The position numbers were made by a program, and so were the translations under genes. A model generated the notes under the pieces. The model was not told the DNA's origin and did not search any database. It saw only the letters and a program-made list of their open reading frames with translations. A stretch of 64,000 nucleotides of DNA from Trypanosoma brucei (taxonomy: Eukaryota): NCBI GenBank assembly GCA_000002445.1, contig CM000208.1:1216001-1280000 (forward strand), read 5' to 3'. Below are positions 33,544 through 49,387 of this stretch, piece by piece. Position 1 is the stretch's first letter. Each line of letters starts with the position of its first letter.

Positions 33544-33931
33544 CAGGAGGTAATTTGATATCAGGTTTCTCAGGGGGGAAACGTCTTTGCAATACAGTTG
33601 TGCCAGGATGCACTTGAGTGGACATAGTTAGCTTGGTTCATACTACCCCGTGGCACCAACTTGCTCATCTGTTTAGGTTCGCTTGTCAAAAAGAAGTGTC
33701 CAAGGGGTTGCTTGTTCTCTCACTTTCCCCCCATCCGTTGATGTTACATGCATGTAGGCTTGTGTCCATTTCCCCCCGTTTGATTCTTTTGTTGCAGCGG
33801 TGACACTAGAGGCGAGACAACAGTAGTGACAAGTGTCAAATACGTGGGTAAAAGTTGGCTAAATCTTCTAGATTGCCTGGCTAGTTTGATTTTCTTTAAG
33901 TGTAGAAGTATTCAGTAAATTTAGACCCTGG

Positions 33932-33943
33932 CCCTAACCCTAA
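33932..33943. repeat. Interstitial telomere-like hexamer dimer (CCCTAA)2
   Basis: gaccctggccctaaccctaatcc: two perfect CCCTAA units preceded by a degenerate third (ccctgg), about 60 nt upstream of the RNase H2A start. Confidence 0.6.
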
Positions 33944-34002
33944 TCCACTTCTGCGTGTGTGTTTGTGTGAGCGACATTCAGTGGGTACGCAGCAACGGCA
34001 AC

Positions 34003-34983
34003 ATGGCGGAACCTCGGTCTTCCAGTAGTAAGATGCCGAGCGGTGCCAAGAGCAATCGTGCTGGCATCGAGTTCGATGTTTCCGAATTTATGCAGTCAAT
34101 GGAGTGCTCAGAGAATCATTTGGTGATGGGTATTGATGAAGCAGGGAGGGGGCCTGTCGTCGGGCCGATGGTCTATACCGGCGCGATGATTGCCCTGCAT
34201 GAGCACGATAGGTTGGTTGACTACTGCGGCGCGAATGACAGCAAAGTCTTGAATGAGGACCAGAGGAAAAGCGTTGTTAGCAAGCTCCACGAACTCGCCA
34301 CGTTCCGTACATTTACGGTAGTAGTCACGCCAGACGAAATAGCCGCAGCTATGACAGGTGCACACGGTACCAACTTGAACACGCTTAGCCATCAAACAGC
34401 TATTTCCATAATATCCAAGTTGACACTCGAGGGAATGGGGATGCTGACTGCGGCCTATGTTGACACGGTGGGGCCGCCTGAGTCCTATCAGCAGAAACTT
34501 TCGGGTCGCTTCCCGCACCTTCGCGTGACAGTGGCGAAGAAGGCGGAGATAAAGTTCCCCATCGTAGCAGCTGCTTCGGTTGTGGCGAAGGTGGAGCGTG
34601 ACAGTCACATTGAACGTCTCGGCATTGATGTTGGCAGCGGGTATCCCAGTGACCCAAAAGTAATGATGTGGGTGCGCTCACATGTTCACCGCTTTTTTGT
34701 TATGCCGCGCGAATGCAACTTTGTGCGCCTTTCATGGGCCCCCGTCACACAACTTGCTAACGATCCCGAAACCTGCATCCCTATCGTCTTCGAGGAGGAC
34801 ACCACACCCAAAAAAGAGCGGAAGCAATCCAAATGTTCTGGTGATGGTAAGAAACAGAAACTGCTCAGCTTTGTCAAGCCAGCCCCCCGTCGCCATTTTG
34901 TATACACACATCTGTTGAAGCTGAGGACCATTGCGGGCATCCGAGACACCCATCATACAGCTTTGTCGCGGGAAGTCCCTTAG
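34003..34983 (+). CDS. Ribonuclease H2 catalytic subunit A (RNase HII family), about 326 aa
   Basis: The track start is GTG (33955); the first ATG is at 34003 (MAEPRSSSS). Catalytic motifs are GIDEAGRGPVVGPMVY, DSKVL and YVDTVGPPESYQ, with C-terminal GSGYPSDPKV. The C-terminal tail is K/R-rich. Confidence 0.85.
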   Translation: MAEPRSSSSKMPSGAKSNRAGIEFDVSEFMQSMECSENHLVMGIDEAGRGPVVGPMVYTGAMIALHEHDRLVDYCGANDSKVLNEDQRKSVVSKLHELATFRTFTVVVTPDEIAAAMTGAHGTNLNTLSHQTAISIISKLTLEGMGMLTAAYVDTVGPPESYQQKLSGRFPHLRVTVAKKAEIKFPIVAAASVVAKVERDSHIERLGIDVGSGYPSDPKVMMWVRSHVHRFFVMPRECNFVRLSWAPVTQLANDPETCIPIVFEEDTTPKKERKQSKCSGDGKKQKLLSFVKPAPRRHFVYTHLLKLRTIAGIRDTHHTALSREVP

Positions 34984-35655
34984 ACACCCCTGACGCATCC
35001 ATCATTTCTTGGAAAGAAAGTAAAAGAAAACGAGAAGAAAACAACGTGCAGTGTATAAAGTTCTTGAAAACAGCAGCTTCTGCTGTCTTCACAGGACGGA
35101 AACACAACTGTCAAACACCTATGCAGGATGTCCCTCTGGTGTGTTTCATAGAAACAATTTTGCGGCAGGAAATGTTCGATGAGGTGGAGGGACGAATATT
35201 TGTCCTTTTTGGTAATAACAAGAGTTCTACACGCACAGGCATACGTAATACATCGGTGTGAAAAACAATCATTTGTTCAGTTGGACGCTGTTTTGCGTAC
35301 TAACTGGGTTGTTTTATCGTGTTTTTCTCCTATCCCAACATTTTGGTGCGGAGACCGTCTTCACGTTTGATCAGACTCAATCCTTCACGTTTTCTTTTCA
35401 CTGCGTGCATTTATGCATCATTTCAGTCCATACTGTCTCATTAACATGATACTGGCTCACCTAGGAGGACGATCCCTGTGGTACAGTGAAAAGGATTATC
35501 TCCTCTCGCTTTTTAAAATTTTTTAGAACTGTCAAGGAAAGGTATTGAAAAGCCGTTGAAAAGCGTGCTTGACAGCCGAGGGGAGGCAAGAAAGAGCGGA
35601 ACGAAAGAACGAAACTTCAGCTTTGAGCGCGTCGTTACGTTAAGAAGTTAGGGAA

Positions 35656-36888
35656 ATGTTGGGCAACAAAGTCGTGTCTTCGCCACTGGTAGCCGCTCTT
35701 GTGGCGTTAGCTGTACGCTTGCTTGCTCACAATTTTTCCCATCATATTCATCTCCCATATCACTTTGGCATTACAACATCCAAAACTGGTTCGGAGATTT
35801 GGAAGGAGGCCGTATTTTGGAAGCAGCAGTTTGGGGTTGTTCCTGCCTTTCTAACAACAGTGGGGCCATGGTTCATGGAGTATATTCCTCCTGCATCGTC
35901 TGATGCTTATGTAATATTTTTGTGCTTATGTGATGCACTGACGGTTTATATTGTTTCCCGCTGGCCTTCCGCTAAGCCGCAGCTGACTTATGCTTTGTTT
36001 GTCCTGAACCCCATCATGGCTTTGTTGCCCATGTTGGAGTCACTCGCTCCCCTAGAGCACGTACTTCTTGCGGTCATCTTGGAGTGCTGCAGAAAGCGGC
36101 GGATTCACCCCTGGCTTATTTTCGCTGCGCGCCTTCTTGCACCGTTGTTGGGGTTCCATTTCATTGCCATAATTGTTGCATTATGGTATCCCGTCGGAAC
36201 GCCGTGCCCCAAGATTGCACTTGTAGGTGTTGCACTCTGTACTGCTTGTATAGGAGGGTGCGGAATGCTATATCTCCGCTGGTGGGGTGAACATGTGGAG
36301 CGGACGTCCCTTTACTCTCCGCCTGATAATGGCGTGATGTGGTACGTACGGCTTCTCATTATGGCCGCGTTCCACCGCAGTATGGAGGTTGGTCAAATTG
36401 AGCTGCCAGCAGTCTTAACACTCATCTTTTCTACTGGAGTGCCCTGTGAGAAAGAGGCAGCAGCAGAAACCATGAAAGATGGGGGTGCAATCCCCGGTGA
36501 CAGGCGGCTGTTGGTTACACTTCTAGCGATTTGTTTTAGCAAGCTGTTCTGCGAGCATGTGATTCTTGCAGACTACATGATCACTGTGTTTTTCTTGTAT
36601 TCGTTGCTTGAGGTGAAAGGGAGAGGTGGGTTTAAGTCTATGCTTGACCGCGTACGGGGGCTCAACATTTTCCTCCCCATCTGCACGCTTCTGCTCGGTG
36701 TACCATTGCAGTATGCATTCTACACTGGTTGGGTAATGTGGGACATGGCAAACCCCAATTGGGTTTTCTTCCCTCAGGTGGCCTTCGTCACAGGTGGTGG
36801 TCTCTTCCTCCTCGCCTTTGTCAATTCTCTTGTAGATGCCATGAAGGAGGAATGCGTGGCTGGCATTACCAAAGAAAAGCAGGCTTGA
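35656..36888 (+). CDS. Multi-pass membrane protein, PIG-U/CDC91-like (possible GPI transamidase component; cf. trypanosome TTA2) - tentative, 410 aa
   Basis: ATG start with at least 8 predicted hydrophobic helices. There are weak local matches to PIG-U (AVRLLA near the N-terminus; LCDALTVYIV versus PIG-U ITDALTAIALY; FVLNPIMAL versus YLLNPYTIL). The family call is inference only. Confidence 0.4.
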   Translation: MLGNKVVSSPLVAALVALAVRLLAHNFSHHIHLPYHFGITTSKTGSEIWKEAVFWKQQFGVVPAFLTTVGPWFMEYIPPASSDAYVIFLCLCDALTVYIVSRWPSAKPQLTYALFVLNPIMALLPMLESLAPLEHVLLAVILECCRKRRIHPWLIFAARLLAPLLGFHFIAIIVALWYPVGTPCPKIALVGVALCTACIGGCGMLYLRWWGEHVERTSLYSPPDNGVMWYVRLLIMAAFHRSMEVGQIELPAVLTLIFSTGVPCEKEAAAETMKDGGAIPGDRRLLVTLLAICFSKLFCEHVILADYMITVFFLYSLLEVKGRGGFKSMLDRVRGLNIFLPICTLLLGVPLQYAFYTGWVMWDMANPNWVFFPQVAFVTGGGLFLLAFVNSLVDAMKEECVAGITKEKQA

Positions 36889-37544
36889 TGACCTTTCCTC
36901 TCTTTTTTTTTTACTTCAAGTTCCTTGCCACTTTTTCATTTGTTGGTCACCGGACCTCTTCGGTTCGTTTTTAATACCTTTTTGTTTTAACTTTGGAGGC
37001 GAGTGTGGGCGGCTGCCGTGTATATGCGCCCTGTGGCTTCTCTGTGTTTGTCAGTGGTGGTTCTCAGTAAAGAGGAGGTGACCTGTTGAAGTGGAAGCGG
37101 TATTCCTAATAGACTTCAACCGCCATTAACACTGATATTCCCGGTTCGATATGCACTCAGACAATATTCTCACTGCTAAATACGCACAAGATTGTGGGGG
37201 AAAGAAGGTGGACACGTGTGCGTGTGTATGAGTATGGGGGAGTGTCGCCGCATGCCAAGGGGTGGTGCCATGTGTGGCGAAAACGAAAGAAATAAGTGGA
37301 ATAATAATGGTGAGAGGTAATTGAAAAATCGACAACGTGTACAAGCGGACTTCGTACCTGCACTTGCGGAGTGTTGGGAGAGGGAGTGTGTACATCTCTG
37401 CGTGTCACTGCCTCTTTGTTTTTTCATGTGTGTGCTCTCCTTCCCTTCCCGTGATTACGGAATTAAACAAAAAAAACAAACAATGATAGTCAAGCTATTC
37501 AGAACAGGTAAATCGAAAGAACAACTAATCCTTCGTATTGCTAA

Positions 37545-38102
37545 ATGGGTCGCAGGCATGGAGTTATTCGTGGCTTCATATTCGTCCTCTTTCTGCTGCT
37601 ATGTGCCACAGCCGCCGCGAACGTAAGCAGAGAGGAACAAAGTCACGCACGGGAAGGGGGAGGGGCGCAGGCAACTGCTGAGCCTTCCTTTTCCCTCCTT
37701 TCCGTTTGTAAGCAAGAGGCACATAAGCTATGTCCGCGTCAGGAGCATGCGCCTCTCAAGTGCCTTCTTCACCACTTCGCAAGCTCGAGGTCGGGTCCAG
37801 GCATAAACGAAGCAAGAAACCTCGCATCGGCGAATCCTCTCCGGCGCTCGTATCGCAACACCGCATTCTTCAATAGGGAATGCGCCGCTTGGCTGCGGGC
37901 GCGCGAGGAGTGTGTTTCTTTCGTCAGACGCGCCGGATATTGCCGTGATGACGAGACGGCACGCGAATGCCTCCGACGTATCCCCCAGCATGTGCTTCGT
38001 CCCAGCTGCCGTAACAGCGCGTATTACAACAGCGTTTTACTCTATGGAAAGATGAAGCAACAACAACAACAAGAGAGCGTATCACAAGACTCATCCGCCT
38101 AA
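37545..38102 (+). CDS. Hypothetical small secreted-type protein with signal peptide and 10 cysteines (185 aa)
   Basis: ATG start. MGRRHGVIRGFIFVLFLLLCATAAANV looks like a cleavable signal peptide. The mature part is Cys-rich with a C-terminal Q5 run. No family was recognised; it could be non-coding. Confidence 0.4.
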   Translation: MGRRHGVIRGFIFVLFLLLCATAAANVSREEQSHAREGGGAQATAEPSFSLLSVCKQEAHKLCPRQEHAPLKCLLHHFASSRSGPGINEARNLASANPLRRSYRNTAFFNRECAAWLRAREECVSFVRRAGYCRDDETARECLRRIPQHVLRPSCRNSAYYNSVLLYGKMKQQQQQESVSQDSSA

Positions 38103-41439
<3,337 letters not shown>

Positions 41440-41839
41440 TGAATTTGAATATGTCTCGTGGCTTTTTTTGTCGCATAAAAATGATCCATGATCTCTTCTT
41501 TCCTTTGTTTCGTTCTTTTTGTTTGTTGTGAGTTTCGGGCGGTCTCCTTCATTAATTAGGGCTAAACGTCTGGTGGTTCCTTTTCTATCTTTTTTTTTTA
41601 AAATTCGCATTTACTCCCGTATACCCTTTCAATCGTTTACTCACACCATGTTTTAACCACTACTTTGCCTCTTTCCTCCTTGTGTAAGTAGTACTAACTT
41701 TGTGTTTGCCGATCCCTAGAGTGATTGCACCTTGAGAACTGGTGGCAGCAGAGTTGTGGATTACAACTGGTCTAGTGAAGTGAAAGTCTACCATATTGAG
41801 TGAGGGAAGCTTTTACTAAAAAAAAAAAAGGCCACGTGA

Positions 41840-42424
<585 letters not shown>

Positions 42425-42888
42425 TGCCCTTGTGTTTCCGCAGTGTGAAGGAACTGTGATGGTTTTCTTCCTCACAGATGTGGAGGTTTCGTGAAGTGAA
42501 TGGATTGGTGGGGAAATCGCTTTCCTCTGCTTTGTTTCGCGCTTCGGCGATCTTCGGTGTGTTTGGAATGCCGGCGTTGTCAACTAAATTAATGGTGTGT
42601 GACTTTGTGGTGCTTCGGTTGGTGAGTTTAATCGCAGGTCTCTGTGTTTCTATTTGCTCGTTTTTTTTTTCTGCCAGTCCAGAGTTTGAACTGTAACGAA
42701 CGTCGTGGGCAGTTGTCGTGACATTTCCCCCTTTTCACCTTTTTCCCCCTTTTCTTTTTTTTTTAAATGATATAATCTCTCTTTCTCTCTTTGTTGTTTC
42801 GACTTCCTTGTTTTCTCCCTCAGACGGGAGTGAGAAAGACCAAGGGTCGAGAGCATAAATACTTTCTTTCAGGATCTTAGGGGGTAAA

Positions 42889-43716
42889 ATGATCCTTAAG
42901 GAAGAGACCGTACTGCGCAAGACGAACGCAGAAAACTTAGCTGCGGTGCGTAACCTCAACTTATGGGGTGAAGGTCTTACGGACGTGTCTATAGTTTCTC
43001 GGTTACCGAGAATAGAGGTACTCGCTCTCGCCGCGAACAAACTCACCACGTTGAGCCCATTCGCTGCCTGCACGCAGCTGGAAGAACTATATCTGAGGCG
43101 GAACAACGTTGCATCGATGTTGGAGATTAAATATCTTCGTCATTTACCCAAGCTACATACACTATGGCTCATGGATAATCCATGCGCTCGGCACCCGCAT
43201 TACCGTCAAATTGTTATACTGTGCTGTCGCCACCTCCGTCACCTAGATGAGACAGAGGTATCAGAAAAAGAGCGTGCGGAGGCCGAAAAGTTACTTCCCG
43301 AGGGCATGCTGCAGGAAATGCTGGAGAGCGAGTCCGCTGAAGCTGCTGTTGGTACGGCTAACAAGGCTCAACTCCAGAACCGGACTCCGGTGAGTGAGCG
43401 GAAACAACCAATGGGAGAGGTGGTTCAGGGAGGCGCAATTCACGAGACTGGTGCTGGGAGGGAAAGAGGGCATCGAGTAACATCGAGTGACACAAGTGGA
43501 CGAGGTCCGAGTAGCGCCCCTGAACGCCGCCAGGGTTCTGCGGACGATGGACTGGCGCAAACTGCAGTGCAGGTCCAGCGGGCCATGTTCAGTTCGATCA
43601 TGGCGCTTGTTCCGGAGCTTGCAGTGCAAACAATTGAGGCCTTACAGAAGGAACTGGCGGAGGAACTGTGCAGGCGGGGGAAACGACTTCCCCCTGTAGT
43701 GCGGGACCGAACATGA
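42889..43716 (+). CDS. Leucine-rich repeat protein with LRRcap (SDS22/U2A-prime-like LRR class), 275 aa
   Basis: ATG start. It has 3-4 LRRs (LNLWGEGLTDVSIVSRLPRIEVLALAANKLTTLSPFAACTQLEELYLRRNNV...) followed by an LRRcap (NPCARHPHYRQIVILCCRHLRHLDETEVSEKERAEAEKLL), which resembles the U2A-prime/ANP32/Tilb cap. The C-terminus is Ser/Gly/Arg-rich. Confidence 0.7.
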   Translation: MILKEETVLRKTNAENLAAVRNLNLWGEGLTDVSIVSRLPRIEVLALAANKLTTLSPFAACTQLEELYLRRNNVASMLEIKYLRHLPKLHTLWLMDNPCARHPHYRQIVILCCRHLRHLDETEVSEKERAEAEKLLPEGMLQEMLESESAEAAVGTANKAQLQNRTPVSERKQPMGEVVQGGAIHETGAGRERGHRVTSSDTSGRGPSSAPERRQGSADDGLAQTAVQVQRAMFSSIMALVPELAVQTIEALQKELAEELCRRGKRLPPVVRDRT

Positions 43717-44503
43717 GATACGCTACGCCACATATGGTTTGTTCTCGTAGCGCTCGCCCCCTTCTTGTCTTTGTTGCTGTAAACGTTTGTGACCATGCGG
43801 TGTTTGGGGCGTGCGGTGCAAAGTGGGTTGAGCGTGCACTGGTCAGTGACTACGGATATTCCACATTTGGTCTTTACTGTTCCCAGTGATTGACGTGGAG
43901 GAAAAAGCGTGAGGTCGCTCCTTCCATGTGCTCCCTCTTTTTCTTTGCCCATGTGCATCGAGTTATTTGCCCTCCTGTACTTCTCTCCTTCACGCGCGCA
44001 ACCAAGCGATTACTTTCACAACAACTGAATTGTGTCGTGCTCAGCTTCCATCGTGATGGAAGAGAAGATTGGTGCTTCATACGTATCACATTTATTTTCT
44101 GTTCCAAATTCTTATATGCATATTTTTTGACACCTTGAAGAACCATAGTGCTCCACTGAGCGTAGGAAATATTACATAGAACCAATCCGCTTTAAGTTTT
44201 GTCCAAGGAAGGAGAAACGCGGCAACGATTACGACTCCCTCAACATAGGAGAGGAATTGGACACGTTTTTTCTTTTCATTTTTTTTTTTTTGGTGGGGAC
44301 TTATTTCTAACCTCAGAAATAAAATATCAGTTTGTACACGGACGCGGGACACCTCTGAACGTTAGTGCACGTAAAAGACAAATAGGAGGAACTCTGTCGT
44401 TAAGCGGCAACAACAGGAGAGAGAGAGAAAAGAGGTGATTGAAGAGGGCGAAAACAAAAGCAAATAATAAAAGGATACATATATATAAAAAGAGACCGGC
44501 GCC

Positions 44504-45832
44504 ATGTCATCAGAAATAGAGCCACATATCCTCCGGAAATATGAGATACAAGCACAGTTAGGGCAGGGGGCGTATGGCATCGTCTGGCGCGCAATTGACC
44601 GGCGGACGCGGCAGGTTGTAGCGTTAAAGAAGATATACGACGCTTTTCAAAACGCAACTGACGCGCAGCGAACCTTCCGTGAAATAATGTTTCTCCAGGC
44701 TCTTAGTCACCCAAACATAATTAAATTGCTTCATGTGCATCGCGCAACGAATGACAAGGATATTTACCTTGTATTCGAGTACATGGAGACGGATTTGCAC
44801 GTCGTAATTCGTGCCAACATCCTGGAGGATATCCATAAGCAATTCATAATTTATCAGCTTCTGAAGACAATGAAATACCTTCACTCGGCGGAACTGCTGC
44901 ATCGCGACATGAAACCGTCAAACCTGCTTGTAAACAGCGATTGCTCAATGAAAGTGGCAGATTTTGGGCTAGCACGCTCCATTCTATCGCTTGAAAAGGA
45001 GCAAGTGGCGCGTCCCGTACTCACTGATTACATCATGACACGTTGGTATCGGCCACCTGAGGTTCTTCTCGGCTCCACTCGCTACACGAAGGGTGTTGAC
45101 ATGTGGGCCATCGGATGCATTCTCGCCGAGTTACTTCTGGGACGACCCATATTCCCAGGCCGCACCACAATGAAACAGCTAGAACTAATTATCAATGTTC
45201 TAGGTGAACCCACAGCGGAGGAGATTCGGTCGACGAACTCCCAGTTTGCCGAAGCTATGCTGAAGGACACGCGTCGTACGCAAACCACGACGTTCGCGGA
45301 ACTGCTTCCCAAGGCCCCTCCTGATGCCCTGGACCTCGTACAGAAGCTCATGCGCTTTAACCCAAATGAACGACTAACCGCTGAGCAGGCGCTTGAACAC
45401 CCGTATGTGGCGGCTTTCCACAAACCCCAAGATGAGCCATCTGCTCCCGCACCCATAACTATTTCCCTCCCAGACGATACCCGCTTCACCATGCAAGAGT
45501 ATCGTGAGCGGCTATACCAAGAAATTGCTAATGCACGGCGCAAAGTCCGACGAGAGGTATTGGGCTCCGGCGCGCCTACTCGTGGAACGCATTCCTCATT
45601 GGCCACAGGAACGGCTTCTGGAACCTCAGAGGAAAAAAAGGAAAATGCACGTGTGTCGTCGGCGGCCACACGACCGGCGTCATCATCAGCTGCCCGTACC
45701 ACCGCCACCGCGGGCTCATCTTCGGGTGCCGGGTTGCACCGCACGACCGTTGCGTCACGATCAGCGCAGCACCACACGCGACCGGCAGTACACCGACAGC
45801 CCTCTGGAGCCTCTCGTGTGTTGCACAAATGA
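44504..45832 (+). CDS. ERK8: MAP kinase of the ERK7/ERK8 (MAPK15) class with TDY activation loop, 442 aa
   Basis: ATG start. It has the ERK8-specific motif [26 protein letters not shown] (human MAPK15: [26 protein letters not shown]), plus [17 protein letters not shown], the T-loop [14 protein letters not shown], and a C-terminal S/T/A-rich tail. Confidence 0.9.
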   Translation: [442 protein letters not shown]

Positions 45833-48800
45833 AATTAAGTGCGGTCGTTGGGAGGGCGACATGTTAACGCACAGGCGGGTGTTTGGGAGGAAAAAGGGGG
45901 GGAAAAAAAGGAAGAGAGATGGTCGTGTTGTTACGGTTTCTTCTTCCGTATACTCGCTTCTTCCCTTTTGTTTCTGTTTTCCTTTCCTAGTTTTACCAAC
46001 CTGTGAGGGCAGTGGATGTTCGTATGTTCAGACGTGAAGGTTTTCCCCCTTTTCGTCTTCTATTACTGCGTGTCGCAAGTGGTTTTTTTTTTTTTAGGGG
46101 GGGGGTTGAGGGTGTTATTACAGGTGGAATGATAGGGGGAGAGACTAGATAAAAAGGGAATGTTTGGGAGGCTAAAAACAAAAGCAAAAACTGAAAGAGA
46201 TTAAAAATGGGTGGAGAGTGAAATGAAGGGAAGATAAGAAAAATCGAAATGTTATTTTGTTTGGCAAGGCGTTGTGGTGGCGTCATGACGCTGGGAAACA
46301 AAAAAAATTTTGCCAGAGAAATGGCTGTTTCTTTCATGGATTTTGCAGTCTGACTCTGTAGATGTCACTGTCCCGTGCCCCCTATGCTGGCAGCTCCGGG
46401 ACTATTCTTTTCTTTTATGTGTAGCAGTTCGGTTGACTTGCGGAGTCCTTATGTTGACTCTCGTTGTTGTTGTTGTTGTTGTTGTTGTTGCTTCCTTCCC
46501 CAACACAGAGCCTCTGCTTCTGTTGGTTGGTTGATGTGGTGCATAATTTTGTTTGCATTTTTTTTTTTCTGTACCTTCCGATCCCTTTCTTTTCTTTCCT
46601 CAAACACTTCCTATTTCTACATGTCTCCTGTGGGGCCACACTCGGGATGCAATTAACAGTTGTGTCCAATGCTCGTGCAATGGTGGTAACTGCAATTAAT
46701 AAATTAACTAATTTGTTTGAGCAAGGAGAAGGACTTTATGTGACTGTTGCCATGCCGTAAGGAATGTGGAAACGAGTATTTGAGGGAGGTTTGAAAGGAA
46801 TGTGTAACCCGTTCGAATGGGAAATGGGACTAACAGGATGATGAGTGTGACATTACGACATTTGTTAATAAAAGGTCGATGATTTTATAAATTTACGACA
46901 GATTAGGAATGGACGAGCATGTGTGTGAAGTGTGACGTGTGAAGTATGGAGGGTGAATGGAAGAGGTGTCGGAGAAGAAAAAAAAAGATGAAATAAAAAT
47001 AAGCAAGGGATGGGGAACAGAAATGCATAGGTGCAACAGAGAGAGCGCGTGAGAGGTGGTTGGCAACGTTTGTGACGTGCATGAATGGGAAATGGGGGGT
47101 GGAGTGGTTCATAACGTAGGTCGAACGGCCCTTTTTTTTTTTTCCTCTCTGGTCTTTAAATATAGAGGAATAATTGAAGCGGATTCCGTCAAATAGAATT
47201 CAGAGGGAGGGAGGGAGGGGGGAAATTCGCATTTGCCCCGCACTGTCCCTTTATATGCATTTCCCTCTTTCGTTGTACCTGTTGGTTGGCGTCTTTTTCT
47301 TACCATTTGTTTTTTTTTTTTAATCTCCCGGTGCGGTTTGTGTTTGTGTGGCGTCATCATTATGTCGTCCTGTGATTTATTTGGGCAGTGTGCTCGTGTT
47401 GGCGTTTGTTTTTTTCTTTTTTTCTTTTTTTCGCTTTCGCACCCGCGTGTGTCGCTGTTACCGCTTCTACACCCGCCTTTCCTTATATTTTTGGCCATGC
47501 ACCACCCCGTCAGCTGCTGGTTGGCTTCATTCTGACAGAGAACTATGAGCACAGAAGAAAAATAAAAAAAGAAGGAAGAGCAAGAAGAAGTGGAAGAAAA
47601 AGAGGAGGAAGGGGAGCGTGGGCTAGCAAATATTGTATGCTTTGAAGGGGGGGGGGGTTTCTTTCTTCTTGTTATTGTTGTTTAGCTTTGCGTTCCTTTT
47701 CATTTTCTTCCGTCTTGTAAATGGTAGTATGCAAACGAATATATACATATATATATATATGTATATGTGTGTGTTTGTGTGTGTGTTTGTGTAATATGAC
47801 GATACCGGGGTTCACCAAGACCAGTTGGCTGTTGGGCCTGGGCCTGCTCTTTGGTGGACGATAATTATATGACGCACACATATTCCCTTCTGTCAGTTTT
47901 GTGCTCGTGTAATCTTTTTTTTTTTTCGTAGCCCAGCTTTTGTTCTATGCTGTACGGGTGTGTATGTGCGAGCACCATATGTAGCGCACACTGTTTGCCT
48001 TCCACTCTCTCTTTGTATATGTGTGTACATGTGTGTGTTACTTTTTTTTTTGTGTGTTTTTTTTGTTTTCTTATGTTGGTGGTTGCTTTTGTCTTTTTTG
48101 GTCGGTTTCCGTCTATTACTATATTATTATTATTATTTCCACCACAGCTTCCATTGGTGCCTCTTGCCATCAATTGCCGCTTGCTTTCACAATTCAAAAC
48201 CCGCTTGAGCTCACGGTTGTTTCGCCGCGTAGTGTGGACTTTAATGATTTACTCTTTTTATCTATGTTTATTTATTTATCTATATATTTATATCTATTTA
48301 TATTTTTATATATATGTCTGTGTGTTCCTCCTTTAGTTACCCGAAGTCTCCGTCGTTCCCTTTCTTTCTTTCTTCCTAAACCCCTTCTTTGTTGTTGCTC
48401 TTACGTTGGGCATGCTGTATTTTGTGTTGCGTCCTTGCGGCGTGTACTGCACATCTGAAAATGGCTTAAATCTCTTCCAGTACACGTCTTCCCTTTTTCT
48501 TTTTTTCTTTTTCCCCCCCATTCCTCTTTACTTCGTGTGCTTATCGTTCTGATTTCTCGTATTCACGTACTTGTAGCAGGCATCAGTGCTATTAGCGCAT
48601 ACACACGCTATTTTAATGTAACAAAATCAAGTAAAATGCAGCTACCCGATAGAGGGATATCATTTTCTCGAAAGCATCAGCAGTGGAACTGCCATCGAGA
48701 GATATGTGAGGTTTTGGGTTACGCGACACGCAGAAGTAACCGGATGGCGATGCAAAAGAAATAACAAAAAAAAAAAGAAAAAAAACATGTTGATCCGGTT

Positions 48801-49387
48801 GGAGTAAAGTGTGGGGAGCTTCATAATTCGTTTTTTTTTTACTTTCCTCACCTCTTTCTCTTTCTCTCTCTTTTTCACTGCTCTCATATGGAGCGTGAGC
48901 GGGCGGCGTTTGTATTTACTCCAGTTGTGGCACTGCTCTTCCAATTTCTCCTCTTGAGTGTCAATTTATTACTGTGCTGTGTTCTCATATATTCCAATGA
49001 TGTAGTGTGTGTGTATGTGTGTTCTATGAGGCATGCAACTATTTTTATTATTTTTTTTAAAAATAGCCCGTGTGCCATACTGATACCTCCGTTGGTAATG
49101 AATAAAATGTACACTCGCTTATTCGCCCATTGAATAAATTCTCGATGCCTTTTTTTTTCCATATATATCCCACACCCTCATTTAATACACCGAATCTTGA
49201 AAATTTTATTTTATTTTTATGTGCGTGTGAGAGTAAAGGACGAAAAGAAAACAACGCCAGGAGCAGAGGGAGTAATCATAGCTTTAACGTGGCATTTCAA
49301 CATTTGTGCGGGCAATAGCGTCGTGTGAAACAGGGTGTGTATTAGTGGTGTGTTTGTGAGAGGGGCGGGTACTTTTCTAGTTTAAAA
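45833..49387. repeat. 3.5 kb ORF-free low-complexity tract between MAPK and CCCH genes; contains (GTT)9 (46463-46490), G-runs (46096-46104; 47645-47656), (GGGA)4 G4 motif (47205-47222), AT-rich microsatellites (48250-48320)
   Basis: Read directly from the sequence; only low-complexity ORFs occur here. Probably the MAPK 3'UTR plus the CCCH gene 5'UTR. Confidence 0.7.

Noticed and set aside
42889-43716. Calling the LRR protein specifically U2 snRNP A-prime (U2-40K)
   Set aside because: The LRRcap (NP...HYR..VI....LR.LD...V...ER.EAEK) is shared by many LRR families (ANP32, Tilb/LRRC6, SDS22-like, dynein LC1). With only 3-4 LRRs and no further diagnostic region, a specific U2A-prime assignment is not supportable from sequence alone.
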